From Candidatus Micrarchaeota archaeon (lineage in GTDB: Archaea; Micrarchaeota; Micrarchaeia; Norongarragalinales; Norongarragalinaceae): a stretch of 64,000 nt of DNA. The notes under the pieces were generated by a model, which worked only from the letters and a program-made list of their open reading frames with translations, was not told the DNA's origin and searched no databases. Location of the stretch: assembly GCA_964630975.1 (NCBI GenBank), contig CAZVVY010000002.1, positions 44,633 to 108,632 on the forward strand. The letters run 5' to 3'. Below are positions 18,838 to 29,415 of the stretch, piece after piece; positions within the stretch are counted from its first letter, which is position 1; each line of letters starts with the position of its first letter. The position numbers and the translations under genes are program-made.

Positions 18838-20201
18838 AGAAATTGTTGGAACCCGAAAGCGTTGCCGTAATCGGCGCCTCGCGCAACCCGCGCTCGGTAG
18901 GCTACGGCGTCCTCCAAAGCCTGGTGCGGGGAAGCGTTTTGCATTCGCCTTATGCTCGAGGGTTCAATGGAAGGATTTACGCGGTAAACCCGAACGCGAA
19001 AAAAATTCTAGGACAAAAATGTTATGCCTCGGTACTCGACGTCAAAGGCAAAGTGGATTTGGCGGTGGTGTGCGTGCCCGCAAAAATCGTTCCATTCGTG
19101 TTGCGCGAGTGCGCCCAAAAAAAAGTGGGGGCGGTAGCCGTGTTGAGCGCGGGCTTCGCCGAACTCGGCGAAAAAGGGAAGCGGATGCAAAAGGAAATAG
19201 TGGACATCGCAGAAAAAGGCGGTTTCCCCTTGTTGGGTCCCAACTGTTTGGGAGTGATTTCGCCGCACTCGGACTTGAACGCCTCGTTCGGCGCGACAAT
19301 GCCTCCGAAAGGCGGAATCGCGTTCGTAACGCAGTCGGGTGCGCTCGCCGACAGCATAATCGATTGGGCGCTCGAAGAAGTTTACGCTTTCAGCCACATA
19401 GTGAGCTTGGGCAACATGGCGGCGCTCGGCCCCGAACAATTCGTGGAATGGTTCGCCTCTGACCCGAAGACGCGGGTCGTCGCCCTTTACTTGGAGGGAT
19501 TCAAGGATGCGCGCGCCTTCATGCGCGCCGTGAAAAAGGCGGTGCGTTCAGGCAAGCGCGTACTCGTTTTGAAGGGCGGCCAGTCGTCGGCGGGGTCCCG
19601 CGCCGCGTCTTCGCACACGGCCTCGATGGCGGGTTCGTACGAAGTGTTTCAGGCGGCGATGCGCCAAAGCGGCGCGTTGGTTGTCGACTCGCTTGAGGAA
19701 TTGTTCAAGTACTCGAAGGCGTTGAGTGAACAGCCGCGTGCAAAGAAGAATGCGGTCGCCGTTATAACGAACGGGGGCGGTGCCGGCGTGTTGTGCGCGG
19801 ATTACTGCCAGAGGTACGGCGTGAACCTGGTCAAGTTGAAGGAGTCCACCCTCAAAAAACTGGACCCGTTTTTGCACAAGGCGTACTCGCGCGCGAACCC
19901 GCTCGACATAATCGGGGACGCGTTGCCCGAGCAATACGAGAAGGCAATCGGCGTGGTGGCCGCCGAGCCCTACGTGCACGGAGTAATAGTGATTCAAACC
20001 TTGCAGACGATGACGGACACGGTGAAGGACGCGAAGGCCGTGATTCGCGCTTCCAAAAAGCATTCGAAGAAGCCGTTCGTAACCGTGTTCATGGGCGGCC
20101 ATTACAGCAAGCCCGGAAAGCAGTTGTTGCACAAGGCGGGCGTGCCGGATTACAACGACCCGAAGACGGCGGCAAAAGCGATGAGCATCCTCGTGCCTTA
20201 A
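18834..20201 (+). CDS. ADP-forming acetyl-CoA synthetase, alpha (CoA-binding/ligase) subunit
   Basis: PESVAVIGASRNP CoA-binding start, GPNCLGV, FVTQSGA and the phosphohistidine region SSHTASMAGS. Confidence 0.8.
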   Translation: MKKLLEPESVAVIGASRNPRSVGYGVLQSLVRGSVLHSPYARGFNGRIYAVNPNAKKILGQKCYASVLDVKGKVDLAVVCVPAKIVPFVLRECAQKKVGAVAVLSAGFAELGEKGKRMQKEIVDIAEKGGFPLLGPNCLGVISPHSDLNASFGATMPPKGGIAFVTQSGALADSIIDWALEEVYAFSHIVSLGNMAALGPEQFVEWFASDPKTRVVALYLEGFKDARAFMRAVKKAVRSGKRVLVLKGGQSSAGSRAASSHTASMAGSYEVFQAAMRQSGALVVDSLEELFKYSKALSEQPRAKKNAVAVITNGGGAGVLCADYCQRYGVNLVKLKESTLKKLDPFLHKAYSRANPLDIIGDALPEQYEKAIGVVAAEPYVHGVIVIQTLQTMTDTVKDAKAVIRASKKHSKKPFVTVFMGGHYSKPGKQLLHKAGVPDYNDPKTAAKAMSILVP

Positions 20202-21178
20202 ATTCTTTTTCCGTTGATTTCACTTATTTTTTTGGAGCGCGTCAAAAGCATTGCGGTTCGCAGTTCGCCCTCCCATTTGTCGAAGAGTTTCAAAACCGCT
20301 TTCGAGCCGCCTTCCTGTTGCGCTTTCAGGAATGGGCGGGCCGCCCCGGCAAGCGAAGCGCCGGAGCCGAGCGCCTTTGCAACGTGTAACCCGTTTCTTA
20401 TGCCGCCGGAAGCGATTAGCGGCAGGTCGGTTGCGCCGCGGCACTCGTTCAACGACTCCAATGCCGTCAGGCCGTAGTCGTTGAATGCCTTGCTTCCCCC
20501 GCGCAAGGCTTCGATTGCCGCGAAACTGGTTCCGCCGGTGCCCGCAACGTCGATTGCCTTTACTCCTGCTTCCGCGAGTTCGGCGGCTACGAATGCGTTT
20601 ATTCCGGCTCCGACTTCCTTGGCTATTACCGGCTTCTTGAGTTGGTCGCACGCTTCCCGAATTGCGGCTAGGCACCCGCGCCACTCCTTGTCTCCTTCGG
20701 GTTGAATCGCTTCCTGTAACGCGTTCAAATGGATGCATAACGCGTCCGCTTCTATTGCGTTGACTAGTTCCGCCGCTTTTCCGGTGCCGTACTCCTTCAA
20801 CTGGTAGGCGCCGAGGTTGGCGGCGAGAAAAACGTCCGGGGCAACCGCGCGGACCTGAAACGTTTCGGTTAACCCCGGGTTTTCAATCATTGCGCGCTGG
20901 CTACCCAAGCCCATTGCAACCCCTTTTTCCTGGCAGGCGCGCGCCAACTCCTCGTTGATTTTTTTGCCGCCCTGCCAGCCCCCGGTTATTGCGGTAACCA
21001 TTAAGGGTAGTTCGAGTTTTTTTCCGAGGAATTCGGTTGAGCAATCTATTTCCGAGTAATTCGTTTCGGGCAAGGCGTAGTAGTCGAGGCGGACCGCGTC
21101 CCAACTCGACTCGCCTTCGGTGTAGCCGTCGAGGGCGTGGTTGACGTGGTCTTGTTTGCGTTTTTCAACCGGGGTCAT
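20198..21178 (-). CDS. fni: Isopentenyl-diphosphate delta-isomerase, type 2 (FMN-dependent)
   Basis: RKQDHVNHAL at the N-terminus and TIM-barrel FMN motifs (AITGG..., IASGGIRNG). Last gene of the mvaD-mvaK2-fni string. Confidence 0.85.
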   Translation of the reverse strand: MTPVEKRKQDHVNHALDGYTEGESSWDAVRLDYYALPETNYSEIDCSTEFLGKKLELPLMVTAITGGWQGGKKINEELARACQEKGVAMGLGSQRAMIENPGLTETFQVRAVAPDVFLAANLGAYQLKEYGTGKAAELVNAIEADALCIHLNALQEAIQPEGDKEWRGCLAAIREACDQLKKPVIAKEVGAGINAFVAAELAEAGVKAIDVAGTGGTSFAAIEALRGGSKAFNDYGLTALESLNECRGATDLPLIASGGIRNGLHVAKALGSGASLAGAARPFLKAQQEGGSKAVLKLFDKWEGELRTAMLLTRSKKISEINGKRI

Positions 21179-21202
21179 AACATATTAACCCGTTATGGGC
21201 TC

Positions 21203-22405
21203 TTATATTTGTCTGCATTTTTCCCTAAATTTTTCGAACTTGGCGGGTCCTTCTTTTTTGAGTCCTTCACTTGAAACGCTTAATTCGATGGGCTTGACTT
21301 TCGGCTGCGGGTAGTTTTTCCAGAATCGTTCAAGCCTTTTCTTTTCTTGGGCGGAATTGCACCAAGCCGCGATTGCATCCCCCCCGCCAGCCCCGGGAAG
21401 GCGCGAAACGATTGCCCCGTTGGAGTTGCTTTCGTCGAGGAGTTTGGTTGCGGCATCCGATTCGACGCTTGCACCCATTCGTTTGCCCAACTCCTTCGTC
21501 TTGGCGCGTGCGTCGTTGAATGCAGCGACGAATTCCTTGAATGCGGGGTGTTCCAGCGTTCCGAGCGCGGCGTCGTAGGCCGCGGGTTTTTTTTCGGCGA
21601 ATTCGTTTAGTTTCTTTATGGCTTTAATTGCCCGAACATTTGCCTCGTTCAATTCGGAGAGGAACGCCGCGGATTCTTCCGGCTTCGCTTTCTTGTAGTC
21701 GTTGTATTTTGCAATCATTTCCCGCGTGCTCGTGCTTTCGCCAACGATGTCAGCTAACGCGGTTTGAAAACCGTGTGGAATGGGGATGGGTTCCGCAGTG
21801 TAATTCCATTCGGAGTCAACAGCCTCCACAACCGTTTTGTCCTTAATCAGTGAGGGAGAGTAGCGGGAGTAAGCGTGTCCCCCAAAACAAGCGGTTGCAA
21901 TGTCGAAGCCGCTGCCGACCTTTCCTTGAACCGTTGAGTGGATGTATTGAGCGATTTTATGAATCAGGTGAGCGTCTTTTTTCACGTCGTAGCCGTGCAA
22001 GACCATTATCGCTGCGGTGGCCGCCGCGGTGACTGCGGCGCTTGAACCGAGACCTGTCTTGGTTTTGCCCAAGCCGAATGCGGGGTCGGTGAGGGTGGTC
22101 AACTCGAATTCCTTGGTTTGATTTCCCTTCGCTTTCAAATAAATTAGGCAGTTTTCGGCAACGCCCTTTACGAATTCCACCGCTTTCTCGCTTTCGTCCA
22201 ACTCTTTTTTGAAAACGATTTTTTCGCCGTTGAATGACCCCTTGAGTTTTATACCGAATTGAGGCATGTGGAAGGTAATGCCGTCCGCTTCCGTGGCGCG
22301 AGCGAAAACTCGCTTGTCTACACCCGTGTTATAACTCGCGTTCGGTTGTTCGAGTACCGCGTATCCGCCTATCCACATTATTTTTCCCGGAGCCGAAACA
22401 ATCAT
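21203..22405 (-). CDS. mvaK2: Phosphomevalonate kinase, ERG8/MvaK2 type (GHMP kinase)
   Basis: SAPGKIMWIGGYAVLE N-terminus and the GHMP ATP loop KTGLGSSAAVTAA. Lies between mvaD and fni. Confidence 0.7.
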   Translation of the reverse strand: MIVSAPGKIMWIGGYAVLEQPNASYNTGVDKRVFARATEADGITFHMPQFGIKLKGSFNGEKIVFKKELDESEKAVEFVKGVAENCLIYLKAKGNQTKEFELTTLTDPAFGLGKTKTGLGSSAAVTAAATAAIMVLHGYDVKKDAHLIHKIAQYIHSTVQGKVGSGFDIATACFGGHAYSRYSPSLIKDKTVVEAVDSEWNYTAEPIPIPHGFQTALADIVGESTSTREMIAKYNDYKKAKPEESAAFLSELNEANVRAIKAIKKLNEFAEKKPAAYDAALGTLEHPAFKEFVAAFNDARAKTKELGKRMGASVESDAATKLLDESNSNGAIVSRLPGAGGGDAIAAWCNSAQEKKRLERFWKNYPQPKVKPIELSVSSEGLKKEGPAKFEKFREKCRQI

Positions 22406-22409
22406 TTTT

Positions 22410-23483
22410 TCACTCTATGATTATGTCGTTCTTTTCCTCGTCGAAGCGGTGCGGCACTACTTCTCCTGTTTCCGAGTTCAGCAAATGCCCTTCGGTCAGT
22501 TCCTTGGGCCCTTTTCCGATTCCGCAGACGAGGGTGCTCTCAATACCCTCGATTTCGGAGAGCATCTTCTTGATTTCCTCGACTTGGTCTTCAGTAGTGT
22601 AAACGTGCGCGTTCGGGCCCGCGTCGAAGGTGTATGCGGCAACTATCCCGCCCGCCTTTTCATTGTATTCGTGTATCGCGTAAATCACTTGTTTACTAAC
22701 GTCGTTCAAGTACAGGATGGGCGGCCAAGTGTCGAGCATTACCGCGTGCATGTTGCCGGATTCGCGCATTATCTTTTCTCCGAAGGTCGCGAAGTCTTTT
22801 GCCAGCACTGCTTTCTTCACCGTTTCCACTAAATTAGGAATGTAAGCGAGCCGAGCGGAGTAGAGCGTGCTGGTTTCAACGGTTTGCTTCATTCCGGCGC
22901 GCGATGAAACCTTCTTTTTTTCCTTTGCGGTCACGGCGATTACGTTGCGAAGTTCGGGCCAGTGGCTCGCGGGCGCGACTTGTTCGGCGTAGCAATCCGA
23001 ACCGTCATCCTTTTCGCCGCGCTTCCACTCGACGAAGCCGCCGGTAATGGATCGGGAGGCACTGCCGCTGCCGCGTCGTGCGAGTATGGAGAGTTCCTTG
23101 ACGTCTAGATTTAGGCCGAGTGCCTTCGTTGCCGCGCAGGCGAGCGCGGCTATTCCCGAGGCGGAAGACGCCATTCCGGCGGCGGTCGGGAACCCGTTGA
23201 TGGTAGCCACGCGCGCCTTCAAGTTGACGCCTGCTTTCTCGCGTACGATGTCGAGGAAGCTGCTTATTTTCTGCAATTCCTTTCCTTCGAGTTTCGTTCC
23301 GCCGAGCCAAACTTCGTCTTCCTTGAATGACTCGTCGAACGCCACGGTCGTGCGCGTCTTTATTGTTTCGTCCATCGTGAACGAGAGCGAGCCGTTCTGC
23401 GGGAGCATCAGCTTCGTGTCGCGCTTTCCCCAATACTTCGTTACCGCTATGTTAGGGGTTGCCTCTACCGTAGCCATTTTCAT
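22410..23483 (-). CDS. mvaD: Diphosphomevalonate decarboxylase
   Basis: PNIAVTKYWGKRD hallmark, GMASSASG GHMP loop and FDAGPN. Confidence 0.85.
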   Translation of the reverse strand: MKMATVEATPNIAVTKYWGKRDTKLMLPQNGSLSFTMDETIKTRTTVAFDESFKEDEVWLGGTKLEGKELQKISSFLDIVREKAGVNLKARVATINGFPTAAGMASSASGIAALACAATKALGLNLDVKELSILARRGSGSASRSITGGFVEWKRGEKDDGSDCYAEQVAPASHWPELRNVIAVTAKEKKKVSSRAGMKQTVETSTLYSARLAYIPNLVETVKKAVLAKDFATFGEKIMRESGNMHAVMLDTWPPILYLNDVSKQVIYAIHEYNEKAGGIVAAYTFDAGPNAHVYTTEDQVEEIKKMLSEIEGIESTLVCGIGKGPKELTEGHLLNSETGEVVPHRFDEEKNDIIIE

Positions 23484-23696
23484 GTTTTTTTCACCTTATT
23501 TGTTCAAGTTCGTTCTCAAGGCCTTTCCGATTTCTTCCAGATATTCTTTTCCTCCGGCTTTTTTCTTGTTTATTTTATTAGTCATTAGAACCTTTTTGAA
23601 TGCCGTCGCTTGAAGTAATTAGTTCCATCTTTTAATATTAGTTTTAGGTTTTCGTTTTGGTATTCTCATTTAAAGAACGTTTTCTTTTGATATTAG

Positions 23697-24632
23697 GTGA
23701 TTTTAGTGGGAAAAGGTTCCGGTTACGGCAAGGTAATTTTGTTCGGTGAACACTTCGTGGTTTATGGTCTCCCAGGCATAGCGTCAGCGGTCGGCTTGAC
23801 TACTGATGCGACGGTCAAGACGGCGGAAGCGTTGACCGTGAAGGATGCGCGCAAGGGAACCGAGGGTTATTCCGAGTCAAAGAAGGCCCACCAACTGGAA
23901 TCCTTCGAGTTGATGTTCAACAAGATGGGCCTCTCCGAAAAGAACTTCGACATCCGGCTTGGCGGGGAACTGCCCACCATGAGCGGAATCGGGGCTAGTG
24001 CTGCGAGTTGTGTTGCAATTGCGCGCGCGGTTTCGGATGAAATGAATTTGAATTACGCCGACGAACAAATCAACAAAACGGCTTACGAGATGGAGAAGGC
24101 GTTCGCCGGCAACCCGTCCGGAATAGACAATACCGTCGCCACTTTCGGCGGCCTCCTCTGGTTCGAAAAGAATTTTGGGGGTGGACCGAACAAGATTGAA
24201 CGGCTTCGGGTTCCCCAACCCGTTGAAATCGTGATGGGTAATTCGGGAGTGGTCGCAAACACCAAGGCGATGGTGGAAGGCGTTGCAGAACGCCGTGGAA
24301 AAGAGCCGGAAAAGTACGCCGCCGCTTTCAAGCAATTCGAGGGTTTGGTGTTCAAGGCGCGCGAGGCACTTGAAAAAGGCGATTTGCAAGCCGTTGGCGG
24401 GTTGATGGACGAAAATCACGATCTTTTGCAGGAAATCGAGGTTTCCTGTAAGGAGTTGGATGAATTGGTTGCAATTGCCAAGGAAAACGGCGCTTTTGGT
24501 GCAAAAGTAACCGGGGGCGGTGGCGGCGGCAGCATGGTCGCGTTGACTCCCGGCAAGGAGTTGCAGGAGAAAGTTGCCCGTGCAATGGAAGCCCGCGGCT
24601 TCAAGGTTTTGAGGACGATTATAGGGGTTTGA
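23697..24632 (+). CDS. mvk: Mevalonate kinase
   Basis: GKVILFGEHFVVYG, MSGIGASAAS and KVTGGGGGGSMVAL. Divergent from mvaD across a 213-nt AT-rich promoter region. GTG start. Confidence 0.85.
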   Translation: MILVGKGSGYGKVILFGEHFVVYGLPGIASAVGLTTDATVKTAEALTVKDARKGTEGYSESKKAHQLESFELMFNKMGLSEKNFDIRLGGELPTMSGIGASAASCVAIARAVSDEMNLNYADEQINKTAYEMEKAFAGNPSGIDNTVATFGGLLWFEKNFGGGPNKIERLRVPQPVEIVMGNSGVVANTKAMVEGVAERRGKEPEKYAAAFKQFEGLVFKAREALEKGDLQAVGGLMDENHDLLQEIEVSCKELDELVAIAKENGAFGAKVTGGGGGGSMVALTPGKELQEKVARAMEARGFKVLRTIIGV

Positions 24633-25874
24633 TTAGCCCCTTATTTTTTCCAGGAATGCGCGCACGCTCTCCATTTTTACGCGCTCGTTCGTCTTCGCAA
24701 AGTGTTCGTAGACCGCGTCGATTTCGCCGCCTTTTGCTCCGGCTTGAACCGCCAGGGCTCGCGTGTGCAGGCGCATGTGGCCGCGGTTGATTCCCTCGGT
24801 TGCAAGCGCCTTCAACGCGGCGAAGTTGTTGGCGAGGCCCACGCAAGCCATTACTTCGGCTAGTTCGCGAGCGGTCTTGACTCCCAACAGTTCGAGGTTG
24901 GCGCGCGCAACCGGGTTGAGTTTGATTGAGCCGCCCACGATTCCAGCGGCCAAAGGCATTTCGATGCTTCCCACCAAGTCGCCGTCCCCGTTTTTCTCGT
25001 ACTTGGCGAGAGGCGAGCATTTCCCGCTCAAACAAGCGTAACAATGCGCTCCGGCTTCGATTGCGCGCCAGTCGTTTCCGGTCGCAATTGCAACCGCGTC
25101 GACTCCGTTCATTATTCCCTTGTTGTTGGTGCAACAACGGTAAACGTCTTTTTCGGCGAAGTCGTACGCGCCAAGTATCGCGTTAATCGTTTCCTCGCCC
25201 AACACGCTTTTCGGGAAGGTCGCGGTTGCCTTGGCGGTTCTGTGAACGCACAAGTTGGTGAGTATGCGCAGGCCGGTTTCCTTGTCCGTCAACTCCTCTA
25301 TTTTTTGGGATAATGTTTCGCAAGCCGAGTTGACGGTGTTGGCGCCCATCGCGTCGCGCACGTCGAACAACACGTGGACGACCAGGTAGGGTCCGCTCCA
25401 ATGGGTTTCGATTGCGCGCGCTCCGCCTCCGCGCTTGGTCATGCTCGGGTTGGCTTCGTCGGCGAAGGCAATCAGTTCTGATTCTTTTTCCAGTATTTTT
25501 TTCTCGGTTTCCTTGTCGGCGTCGAGGACCTGTATTTGGCCGTCCATCACGGGCTCGCTTGACTCGGCTTTGAAGCCTCCTGTCTCGCCCGCTATTTTGG
25601 CGGCGTTTGAAGCGGCTGCAATTACCGAGGTTTCCTCGACCGCCATCGGCACCAGCAACTCCTTTCCGTTGACTTTGAAGTTGGGGGCAATGCCTACCGG
25701 TAGGCGCGTGGTTGAAACAACGTTTTCAATCATTATGTCGGCGTCCTTCAATTCGAGTTCGCTTGTTTCGGAGTAGTCGACTCCGGTCAATTCCTTGATT
25801 ATTTTTCGGCGTTCTTCAATTGTTTTCTTGTAGAATCCTTTTGTATTCATACGATTTTTTTGTGGTTTTAGCAA
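24633..25874 (-). CDS. hmgA: HMG-CoA reductase (class II-like)
   Basis: MIENVVSTTRLPVGIAPNFKVNGKELLVPMAVEETSVIAAAS, DAMGANTVN, and the C-terminal GHMRLH. At 413 aa it has no membrane anchor. Confidence 0.85.
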   Translation of the reverse strand: MLKPQKNRMNTKGFYKKTIEERRKIIKELTGVDYSETSELELKDADIMIENVVSTTRLPVGIAPNFKVNGKELLVPMAVEETSVIAAASNAAKIAGETGGFKAESSEPVMDGQIQVLDADKETEKKILEKESELIAFADEANPSMTKRGGGARAIETHWSGPYLVVHVLFDVRDAMGANTVNSACETLSQKIEELTDKETGLRILTNLCVHRTAKATATFPKSVLGEETINAILGAYDFAEKDVYRCCTNNKGIMNGVDAVAIATGNDWRAIEAGAHCYACLSGKCSPLAKYEKNGDGDLVGSIEMPLAAGIVGGSIKLNPVARANLELLGVKTARELAEVMACVGLANNFAALKALATEGINRGHMRLHTRALAVQAGAKGGEIDAVYEHFAKTNERVKMESVRAFLEKIRG

Positions 25875-25942
25875 TAAAAGACTTATTCGCTGATTGACGT
25901 ATGGCGAATCGTTTATTAACGCCGATGTTCCTTTGGCTAGTG

Positions 25943-26983
25943 ATGTTTGGTTCAGTGGGCATCATCGGTTATGGAACTTACGTTCCGCGCAAGCGAATAA
26001 AAATAGGCGAGATAGCGCGCGTTTGGGGTAAGGACGGCGAAGCGTTGAGCAGGTCGTTGAATGTAAAGGAGAAAGCGGTAGCCGCTTATGACGAGGACTC
26101 CTGCACTCTTGCGGTTGAGGCCGCGAGAATTGCCTGCCGCGACATTGATTCTTCGAGCATAGGCGCGGTTTTCGTCGGTTCGGAGAGCCCGCCTTATGCG
26201 GTAAAACCGTCTTCAACGGTGGTTGCCGAGGCCTTGGGTGCGACCCCGCGTTTGACTGCCGCGGACGTGGAGTTCGCTTGCAAGGCGGGTACTGTCGGGG
26301 TTCAGAGCGCTCTTGCAATGGTTGCGAGTAAAATGATTGATTGCGGCCTTTCCATTGGTTCGGATACCGCTCAAGGCAGGCCCAACGACGTTTTGGAGTT
26401 CAGCGCCGGTTCGGGTGCGGGCGCGATTTTGGTGGGGCGCGAGAACGTGTTGGCTACAATTGACGCAACCTTTTCTTTTTCAACGGATACGCCTGATTTT
26501 TGGAGGAGGAGCCACGCCGAATTCCCGAAGCACGCGGGCAGGTTTACCGGGGAGCCGGCTTACTTCAAGCACGTGTTCGGCGCTTCCAAATTGTTGTTTG
26601 AGGAGACGGGCACGGGTCCGGAGGACTTTGATTACGCGGTGTTCCACCAGCCCAACGGGCGTTTTCCGTTGAAGGCAGCAAAAAAACTGGGTTTTGAAAA
26701 GGAAAAGGTTTTGCCGGGCTTGGTTACTCCTTTCATAGGCAACACGTATAGCGGGGCGACCATGATAGGGTTGTCCGCCGTTTTGGACGTTGCAAAGCCG
26801 GGCGACCGGATTTTAGCGGTTTCATACGGCAGTGGTGCGGGAAGCGATGCTTTTTCGTTGACGACTACGAACGCGATTTCAAAAGGGCGCCAGCCGGTCC
26901 CGGTTTTCGAGCAGATAAAGGAAAAGGAGTACGTTGATTACGCGCTTTACGTTAAACACAGGAGGAAGTTGAAGAGCTTATGA
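25943..26983 (+). CDS. HMG-CoA synthase, archaeal type
   Basis: [15 protein letters not shown] start, [12 protein letters not shown], catalytic Cys in [18 protein letters not shown] and [10 protein letters not shown] use the ATG at 25943; the ORF track starts at 25901. Confidence 0.85.
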   Translation: MFGSVGIIGYGTYVPRKRIKIGEIARVWGKDGEALSRSLNVKEKAVAAYDEDSCTLAVEAARIACRDIDSSSIGAVFVGSESPPYAVKPSSTVVAEALGATPRLTAADVEFACKAGTVGVQSALAMVASKMIDCGLSIGSDTAQGRPNDVLEFSAGSGAGAILVGRENVLATIDATFSFSTDTPDFWRRSHAEFPKHAGRFTGEPAYFKHVFGASKLLFEETGTGPEDFDYAVFHQPNGRFPLKAAKKLGFEKEKVLPGLVTPFIGNTYSGATMIGLSAVLDVAKPGDRILAVSYGSGAGSDAFSLTTTNAISKGRQPVPVFEQIKEKEYVDYALYVKHRRKLKSL

Positions 26984-28143
26984 GGGGAGTTTCGATTGTG
27001 GGCGCGGGCATGACGCGTTTCGGCGAACACTGGGAAACCAGTTTTCGAGACCTAATCGTTCAAGCGGGGGTAACCGCGTTGACCGATGCGGGCATGCCCG
27101 GCCAGGACGTGCAAGCCATTTTCGGGGGTTGCATGGCCAGCAGCCGCTTCATCGCACAGGAGCACATCGGTTCCCTGATAGCCGACCAAGTCGGCTTGAG
27201 ACCCATTCCTTCAACGCGTTGCGAGGCCGCGTGCGCGTCCGGCGGAGTCGCCCTGCATTCCGGCTGGTTGGCCGTTGCATCGGGTAGGTATGATGTCGTG
27301 GTAGTGGGCGGCGTGGAGAAAATGACCGAAATCGGCACGTCGCGCGCCGCCCTTGCACTGGGCGGGGCGGGAGACCAGGAATGGGAGTTGTTCAACGGCG
27401 CTTCTTTTCCCTCGATTTATGCTTTGATGGCGCGCAAGCACATACACGATTACGGGACTACCGAAGAGCAGATGGCGGCTTGCGCGGTTAAGAATCACTC
27501 TAATGCGGCGCACAACGAGTACGCCCAGTACCGCAACCCGATAACCGTTGAACAAGTGATGGGCTCGGGGTACATTGCATCTCCTTTGAAGCTTTTTGAT
27601 TGTTCGCCTTTAACGGACGGGGCCGCGGCCGTCGTGCTTTGTGCTTCGGAGAAGGCGAAGCGGTATTCGGATACTCCCATTGAAATACTTTCGAGTTCCC
27701 AGGCCAGTGGAACCCTTTCGCTTGCAACCCGCTCTTCGTTTACTTCCATTGAAGCGACGCGCGTTGCCGCGAAGGATGCTTTCGGCCACGCCCGTTTGGA
27801 GCCGAAAAACGTCGACGTTGCCGAGGTGCACGATTGTTTCACCATAGCGGAGATAATGGCGATAGAGGACTTGGGCTTTTTTGAAAAAGGCGAGGGCGGG
27901 CGCGCTTCAGAGGAAGGACTGACCGCGTTGGGTTCCGACACGCCGGTCAACACGAGCGGCGGCTTAAAGGCGTGCGGCCATCCGGTGGGGGCTACCGGAG
28001 TAAAGCAAGCCGTTGAAATCGCTTGGCAGCTCCGCGGAGACGCGGGAAAGCGCCAGGTGGACGGAGCCGAAACGGGGTTGACTCACAACGTTGGCGGAAG
28101 CGGCGGTACCGCAGTCGTAAACATTTATCGGAGGGGTGACTGA
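26980..28143 (+). CDS. Acetoacetyl-CoA thiolase, archaeal type
   Basis: Catalytic Cys in [17 protein letters not shown], and [17 protein letters not shown]. Confidence 0.85.
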   Translation: MRGVSIVGAGMTRFGEHWETSFRDLIVQAGVTALTDAGMPGQDVQAIFGGCMASSRFIAQEHIGSLIADQVGLRPIPSTRCEAACASGGVALHSGWLAVASGRYDVVVVGGVEKMTEIGTSRAALALGGAGDQEWELFNGASFPSIYALMARKHIHDYGTTEEQMAACAVKNHSNAAHNEYAQYRNPITVEQVMGSGYIASPLKLFDCSPLTDGAAAVVLCASEKAKRYSDTPIEILSSSQASGTLSLATRSSFTSIEATRVAAKDAFGHARLEPKNVDVAEVHDCFTIAEIMAIEDLGFFEKGEGGRASEEGLTALGSDTPVNTSGGLKACGHPVGATGVKQAVEIAWQLRGDAGKRQVDGAETGLTHNVGGSGGTAVVNIYRRGD

Positions 28144-28543
28144 ATTGAAGGATGCGTTGCCGTTGATTTGGCGCAGGAGCAGGGAACGCTACCGCTTGCT
28201 TGGCAATCGATGCGAGTCCTGTAACCAGGCGTATTATCCTGCCAGAAAGATTTGCTCCAAATGCAGGCGTTCCTCCAAACTAGTTCCCGAAGAAATGCCT
28301 CTACGCGGCAGAATACTTTCATTTACCCGTGTTTTTTCTGCTCCGGAAGGGTTTGAAAACGAGGCCCCTTATTTTTTGGCGTTGATAGAGCTTGAAAACA
28401 AGGTGGTTATCCTTTCGCAGGTAGTTGATTCGCCCGAGGACAAGATATCCATTAATGCCTCGGTAAAAATGGTTTTCCGTCGCGTGTTTGAGGATGGTTC
28501 AAAGGGGGCCATTGCCTACGGCTTCAAGTTCAAGGTCGTCTAG
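28136..28543 (+). CDS. DUF35 OB-fold/zinc-ribbon protein (scaffold of the thiolase/HMGCS complex)
   Basis: 135 aa with the zinc ribbon CESCNQAYYPARKICSKC. Translationally coupled to the thiolase gene. Confidence 0.75.
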   Translation: MTELKDALPLIWRRSRERYRLLGNRCESCNQAYYPARKICSKCRRSSKLVPEEMPLRGRILSFTRVFSAPEGFENEAPYFLALIELENKVVILSQVVDSPEDKISINASVKMVFRRVFEDGSKGAIAYGFKFKVV

Positions 28544-28581
28544 GCGACTCCTTTATATTTTTACTCAGGCTTTTTCTTGTT

Positions 28582-29415
28582 ATGAGCATTCGTTCGTTCA
28601 CTTCTTTTCAGGAATTCGAGGAAGCCGCAAAAGGAATCGGCGTAGACGTGGACTTGAACGCTTTGCTTCGCTTGGACATTACGTTCATCGAGCCGTACCC
28701 GAATTACGTGGTCATAAACCTGCGCGACTACGGGAACATCCCCAACAACATGCTGGTTCTCACGCCCAAGGCGAGCCTTCTTTATTCGGATAAGCAGTTC
28801 ACGGACCGCGACTACTCTATTTACAAGCAGGCCTTGCGCCGCAAGTACGGCGAGGCAACGGTGTTGTCGTTCCTCGCGTTGAGCGAGGTTTTGAAGAGTT
28901 ATTCCGCGAAGTTTTCGGAGATAGACAAGCAAATCGACCGCTTCGGCGTGAATTCCAGCCTTGAAAAAATCGAGGAGACCGCCAGGGAGCTTCGAATGTT
29001 TGCGGACCGAATGGAGGACTTCGTGAACCTGCTTATCAGTTTGGAGGACCGCAAGGTAGACTTCATTCACACCAAGGTTCTCGCCTACGACTTCGACGTC
29101 TTGCTCGCCAAGTCCCGCCACTTGTTGGACCGCTCGCGAAACCACTTGTGGGAGTTGCGGGATATTCGCGAGGAAATGGACGTTAAGATTACGCGGAAGC
29201 TGAACAAGAACATCGAGAAGTTGACGGTGATAATGGCTTTTCTCACCGTGGTAAGCGTCGCCATATCGATTCCGAACACGGTGGGCACGTTTTACGGCAT
29301 TCCCACGTTGGCGGGAATGATCGGCACGACTTTCATGCTTACAACCCTTGCGGCATCCCTAATTGTTGCATTGGTTTGGGGAAAGTATTACTGGGACAAG
29401 GTGTTGAAGGAGTGA
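28582..29415 (+). CDS. CorA-like divalent-cation transporter family protein with an atypical pore motif
   Basis: Cytoplasmic helical domain followed by NKNIEKLTVIMAFLTVVSVAISIPNTVGTFYGIP and a second TM. The CorA YGMN position reads YGIP. Confidence 0.45.
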   Translation: MSIRSFTSFQEFEEAAKGIGVDVDLNALLRLDITFIEPYPNYVVINLRDYGNIPNNMLVLTPKASLLYSDKQFTDRDYSIYKQALRRKYGEATVLSFLALSEVLKSYSAKFSEIDKQIDRFGVNSSLEKIEETARELRMFADRMEDFVNLLISLEDRKVDFIHTKVLAYDFDVLLAKSRHLLDRSRNHLWELRDIREEMDVKITRKLNKNIEKLTVIMAFLTVVSVAISIPNTVGTFYGIPTLAGMIGTTFMLTTLAASLIVALVWGKYYWDKVLKE

